A stretch of 63,979 bases of DNA, filler included, from Sandaracinaceae bacterium (lineage in GTDB: Bacteria; Myxococcota_A; Polyangia; Polyangiales; JADJQN01), in the NCBI GenBank assembly GCA_947483975.1. It is 8 parts of 8 records of this genome, joined end to end, with 100 filler letters (N's around TTAATTAATTAA, not from the genome) between each part and the next. Parts side by side here need not be neighbours in the genome. Positions count along the whole stretch, not along the records: positions 56,206 to 63,979 come from CANKOL010000257.1; 7 more parts are not named here. One strand, written 5' to 3'. Positions 60,974-63,979 of the stretch are shown in pieces. The notes beneath the pieces are model-generated. The model was not told where the DNA came from. It was given only the letters and a program-made list of their open reading frames with translations, and did not search any database. The position numbers and the translations under genes are program-made. Numbering within the stretch: position 1 is the stretch's first letter; each line of letters starts with the position of its first letter.

Positions 60974-61405
60974 TCAACGCGCGACGTCCCCCTGCGCGGT
61001 CCGGCCCGCGAACGCGAGCGCCACCGCGCTGCCGCCCTCGCCCTTGAAGCCGTCCTCCCACAGCAGCTGTCCCGTGCGCGAGAAGCACTTCACCGTGCCG
61101 TCGCCGCTCCCGATCAGGATGCGGTCACCGGCCGCGAGGAGCGTGCACATACTCCCGATCATCGCCAGCTTGATCTGCCCGATCAGCCGGCCGCTCTGAA
61201 CCTCGAGGCACGCGAAGCCGCCCGACCCGAGCGCGTAGACCACGTCGTCGGCGACCTCGACCCGCACGACGTGCCCGCTGCCGAAGGCTCCCTGGAAGTC
61301 GAACCGCCAGAGGCGCGCGCCGGTCGTCGCGTCGAGCCCGAAGACGTGGTTGTTGAACGCGACGATGACGGGTCCCGGCGCGACGCCGCTCTGTGGATTG
61401 CTCAT
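60974..61405 (-). CDS. Short PQQ-like beta-propeller repeat protein
   Basis: LDATTGARLW, TGQLLW repeats. Confidence 0.8.
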   Translation of the reverse strand: MSNPQSGVAPGPVIVAFNNHVFGLDATTGARLWRFDFQGAFGSGHVVRVEVADDVVYALGSGGFACLEVQSGRLIGQIKLAMIGSMCTLLAAGDRILIGSGDGTVKCFSRTGQLLWEDGFKGEGGSAVALAFAGRTAQGDVAR

Positions 61406-61468
61406 AGCGCGAGGCTACGCGCAGGACGCGCGACGGGGCAACGGGGGTCGAGCGGGCGGGACGCGCCC

Positions 61469-63619
61469 TCAGTACTCGAACCCACTGCCGCCGATGAATT
61501 CGCGCAGCATCGACGTCTGCGGGACGTGATCTGGATAGATGCTGACGAAGGCGTCGAGGAGCTCGAGCAGGCGAGACGCGGTGACGTAGGCGGGGCTCCC
61601 GCGCGAGACCTCGAGCAGGTAGCGCTCGGCGTAGACCTTGAGCACGCTCGGCTCGTAGACGAGCGAGGTGTCGAACACGGCGTCTGCGTGGTGCTGATAC
61701 GGGAAGATGTGCTTGCGCTCGCCGGAGCGGACGGAAGGCCAGCGCAGGATGCTCTGCGCCGCGGTCGCGCCGCGCGTGTGTCGGTCGCGCACGATGCGGC
61801 GCAAGAGGCGCAGATCGCTCGCGTGCAGGCGCCCCGCGCGGTCGAGCGGGAGCGTGCGCAGCGGACACACGAAGATGCGAAACGCGCTCGAGGTCGGCAG
61901 CCCGCCGAGCAGCCGCGGATTGAGGCCGTGAATCCCCTCGAGGAGCAGCACATCGCCGTCGCCGAGCGCGATCTCCGCGCCGCCTCCAGGGATGCTCAGG
62001 CCCTTCAGGAAGTCGTAGCGCGGGCCGTGCACGCGCTCGCCCGCGAGCAGGCGCGCGAGGTCGCTCTGCAAGAGGTCGACGTCGATCGCCTCGAGCACCT
62101 CGTAGTCGTACTCACCGCGCGCGTCGCGCGGGTTCTTGTCGCGGTCGACGTAGTAGTCGTCGAGCGAGATGCCGTGCGGGCGCAGCCCATTGACCTGCAG
62201 CTGCACCGTCAGGCGCTTGAGGAACGTCGTCTTGCCCGACGACGACGGGCCCGCGACGCAGACGATCCGCACGGGGTTCTCGCGCGTCGCGATGGCGTCT
62301 GCGATCTGCGCGATACGCTTCTCGTGAAAGCCCTCGACGACGCGCACGAGGCGCGGCACCGAGCCGACGATGCACGCCTCGTTGAAGGTGCCGACGCTGG
62401 TGATGCCGAGCGCCTCGAGGAAGCGGTCTTGGTCGCGCAGCATCCGACGCACATGCCGCGCCGCAGCGCGCGTCTCTTGCGCCTCGTGCAGCGCCTGCGC
62501 CGCGCTGCTCTCGGGGGCGCTGCCGCCGCTGCCGTACGGCGCGGGCGGCACGATCAGGAGCGCGTCGCCGTCCGCCTCGATGCGCGCGCCGCGCAGCAGC
62601 GAGGTGCGCGAGAGCAGCGCGCTCGTGCGGAGCGTGTACGCGCGGCCGTACGAGACGAGCACGACCGTCGCGTGCCTCCACGACGCGAGCAGCGCGGCGG
62701 CGTCGCGCAGGCCCTCTTCTGCGAAGTGCGCGCGCGCCTCCTCGGCCGTCCACACCTCCTCGCGGAGCGGCGCGTCCTCGGCGACGAGCGCGTCGAGCGC
62801 AGCGCCGAGCGCCGTCGCGAGCTCTTTGGTGTCGTGCCCGGCGCGCGGGTCTAGCTCGAGCACGCGGCCGTGCCCGATGCTCGGCCCGACGCGCAGCGCG
62901 AGCCCCGGATCGAAGCGACGCGCCGCCTCGAGCGCGATGAGCGCGAGGCTCTCGCCGACGACGCGCTCGCCCTCCCAGTGCGTCGCCAAGAGCGCCTCGA
63001 GCACGCCGCCCGCCGAGAGCGGCGTGTCGAGCGCGATCGCCTTCCGGTCGAGGAGCGCCGCGACCACCTGCACGCCGTCGATCTCGGCCGGCAAGAGCGT
63101 GCCCGCGCGCGTGCCCGTCGGCACCGACTGCGTCACGCCCCCGACCTCGATCGAGATGCGCGAGCGGCGCGGCAGAGAGCGCTCCCGCAGCAGATGCAGG
63201 ACGCTCTCGGTCATGTCGGAGAGCCGCCCCGAGAGCGCGCCGAAGATCGCCTCCGTCAGGCGCTGCCCGAGCTCCGCGTCGCGCTTCGACAGCGCGAGGA
63301 ACGCGCCGTGCGTCAGCCGCGCGACCGCGAGCGGCACCGTCGCCTCGATGGTCGCCGCGCGCGGACGCCCGAGGATCAGCCCGAGCTCGCCGACGAGCTC
63401 TCCCGCCCGCGCCGTGCCGAGCTCCGTGTCGCCCTTGTGAATCCGCGCCTCGCCCTCGACGACGACGAACAGATCACGCCCGAGCTCGCCCTCGCGCACG
63501 AGCGCCTCACCCGCCTGAAAGTGCAGCACGTCCATGAAGGCGACGATGCGCGCCCACTCGGCGTCGGACACGAGCCCACGGCAGCGATACGGGACGGGGA
63601 GCGCGAGTGTGTCAGGCAT
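61469..63619 (-). CDS. cNMP-binding + ThrRS-N-like + uridine/phosphoribulokinase-family fusion
   Basis: GELGL...PRAAT (cNMP domain); middle region AALL..K...L, RAHF...G; AGPSSSGKTT, SLDDYY, EGIHGLNP, LLRRIVRD..RG, IFPYQ, REFIGGS.F.Y. Confidence 0.88.
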   Translation of the reverse strand: MPDTLALPVPYRCRGLVSDAEWARIVAFMDVLHFQAGEALVREGELGRDLFVVVEGEARIHKGDTELGTARAGELVGELGLILGRPRAATIEATVPLAVARLTHGAFLALSKRDAELGQRLTEAIFGALSGRLSDMTESVLHLLRERSLPRRSRISIEVGGVTQSVPTGTRAGTLLPAEIDGVQVVAALLDRKAIALDTPLSAGGVLEALLATHWEGERVVGESLALIALEAARRFDPGLALRVGPSIGHGRVLELDPRAGHDTKELATALGAALDALVAEDAPLREEVWTAEEARAHFAEEGLRDAAALLASWRHATVVLVSYGRAYTLRTSALLSRTSLLRGARIEADGDALLIVPPAPYGSGGSAPESSAAQALHEAQETRAAARHVRRMLRDQDRFLEALGITSVGTFNEACIVGSVPRLVRVVEGFHEKRIAQIADAIATRENPVRIVCVAGPSSSGKTTFLKRLTVQLQVNGLRPHGISLDDYYVDRDKNPRDARGEYDYEVLEAIDVDLLQSDLARLLAGERVHGPRYDFLKGLSIPGGGAEIALGDGDVLLLEGIHGLNPRLLGGLPTSSAFRIFVCPLRTLPLDRAGRLHASDLRLLRRIVRDRHTRGATAAQSILRWPSVRSGERKHIFPYQHHADAVFDTSLVYEPSVLKVYAERYLLEVSRGSPAYVTASRLLELLDAFVSIYPDHVPQTSMLREFIGGSGFEY

Positions 63620-63691
63620 GGGGTTGCTCCGAAGGTGCACACGGGACGGGGCGCAGACCAGCGCTCCGTGGCGAGGCGCCCGCCGCCCGAC

Positions 63692-63979
63692 TCACGGACA
63701 CCCGCCGCCGTCGGTCCCCGGCACGACCAGGAGCACGCTCACGGTGCCGAGCCGGCTGCGCCCGTCGGCGACGAAGACGACGCGCGCCGGATAGCGCCGC
63801 GTCGCGCTCGAGGGCGGCAGCGCGCTCGCGTCCACGGTCACCTCGAAGCTCACGCGCGTGCCCGGGACGACGCCGAGGAAGCCCGTCGCCGTCGTCCCGC
63901 GCGCGCCGTCCGCGGGGTCTGCGCGCAGCGGTCGCACCCCGCGCAAGAGCGGCGTCGCGTCGACCCCATCGCCGGGCAC
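63692..63979 (-). CDS. C-terminal end of an exported myxobacterial protein
   Basis: FLGVVPGTRVSFEV...LLVVP; ORF enters from the window edge. Confidence 0.6.
   Translation of the reverse strand: MPGDGVDATPLLRGVRPLRADPADGARGTTATGFLGVVPGTRVSFEVTVDASALPPSSATRRYPARVVFVADGRSRLGTVSVLLVVPGTDGGGCP

Overview
Concatenation of eight unrelated ~7.8-8.0 kb contigs joined by 100-nt N/TTAATTAATTAA linkers (gaps 8034-8133, 16113-16212, 24185-24284, 32246-32345, 40280-40379, 48221-48320, 56106-56205), so adjacency across gaps carries no meaning. Very high GC, Cys-rich lipoproteins and RomR-like, DUF2378-like, MopE-repeat and AgmX/PglI-type proteins point to a myxobacterium (probably Polyangiales/Sandaracinaceae-like; inference). 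Contig 1 is the accessory region: three co-oriented lipoprotein genes interleaved with IS91-family transposase fragments and two copies of a ~168-bp element end, a Uma2 remnant, a regularly interspaced array of eight 15-bp palindromes (period 42-44 bp, unique spacers, no cas genes), an RHH-Doc toxin-antitoxin pair with a perfect 20-bp palindromic operator, and a proS 3' end. Contig 2: yceD-rpmF-fabG-acpP-fabF, a 26-bp tandem repeat that forms a chain of ATGA-coupled nonapeptide ORFs, purF, an M18 peptidase and malQ. Contig 3: two paralogous TonB-dependent receptors with YfiR, a small lipoprotein, a REC protein and a hybrid kinase. Contigs 4-8: mostly envelope and signalling genes, NAD salvage (pnuC-nadR), a REPIN-like element, rnhA, trmB, romR and a pyrimidine-salvage cluster that includes a cNMP-domain uridine-kinase fusion. 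All family assignments come from motif recognition; no searches were run.
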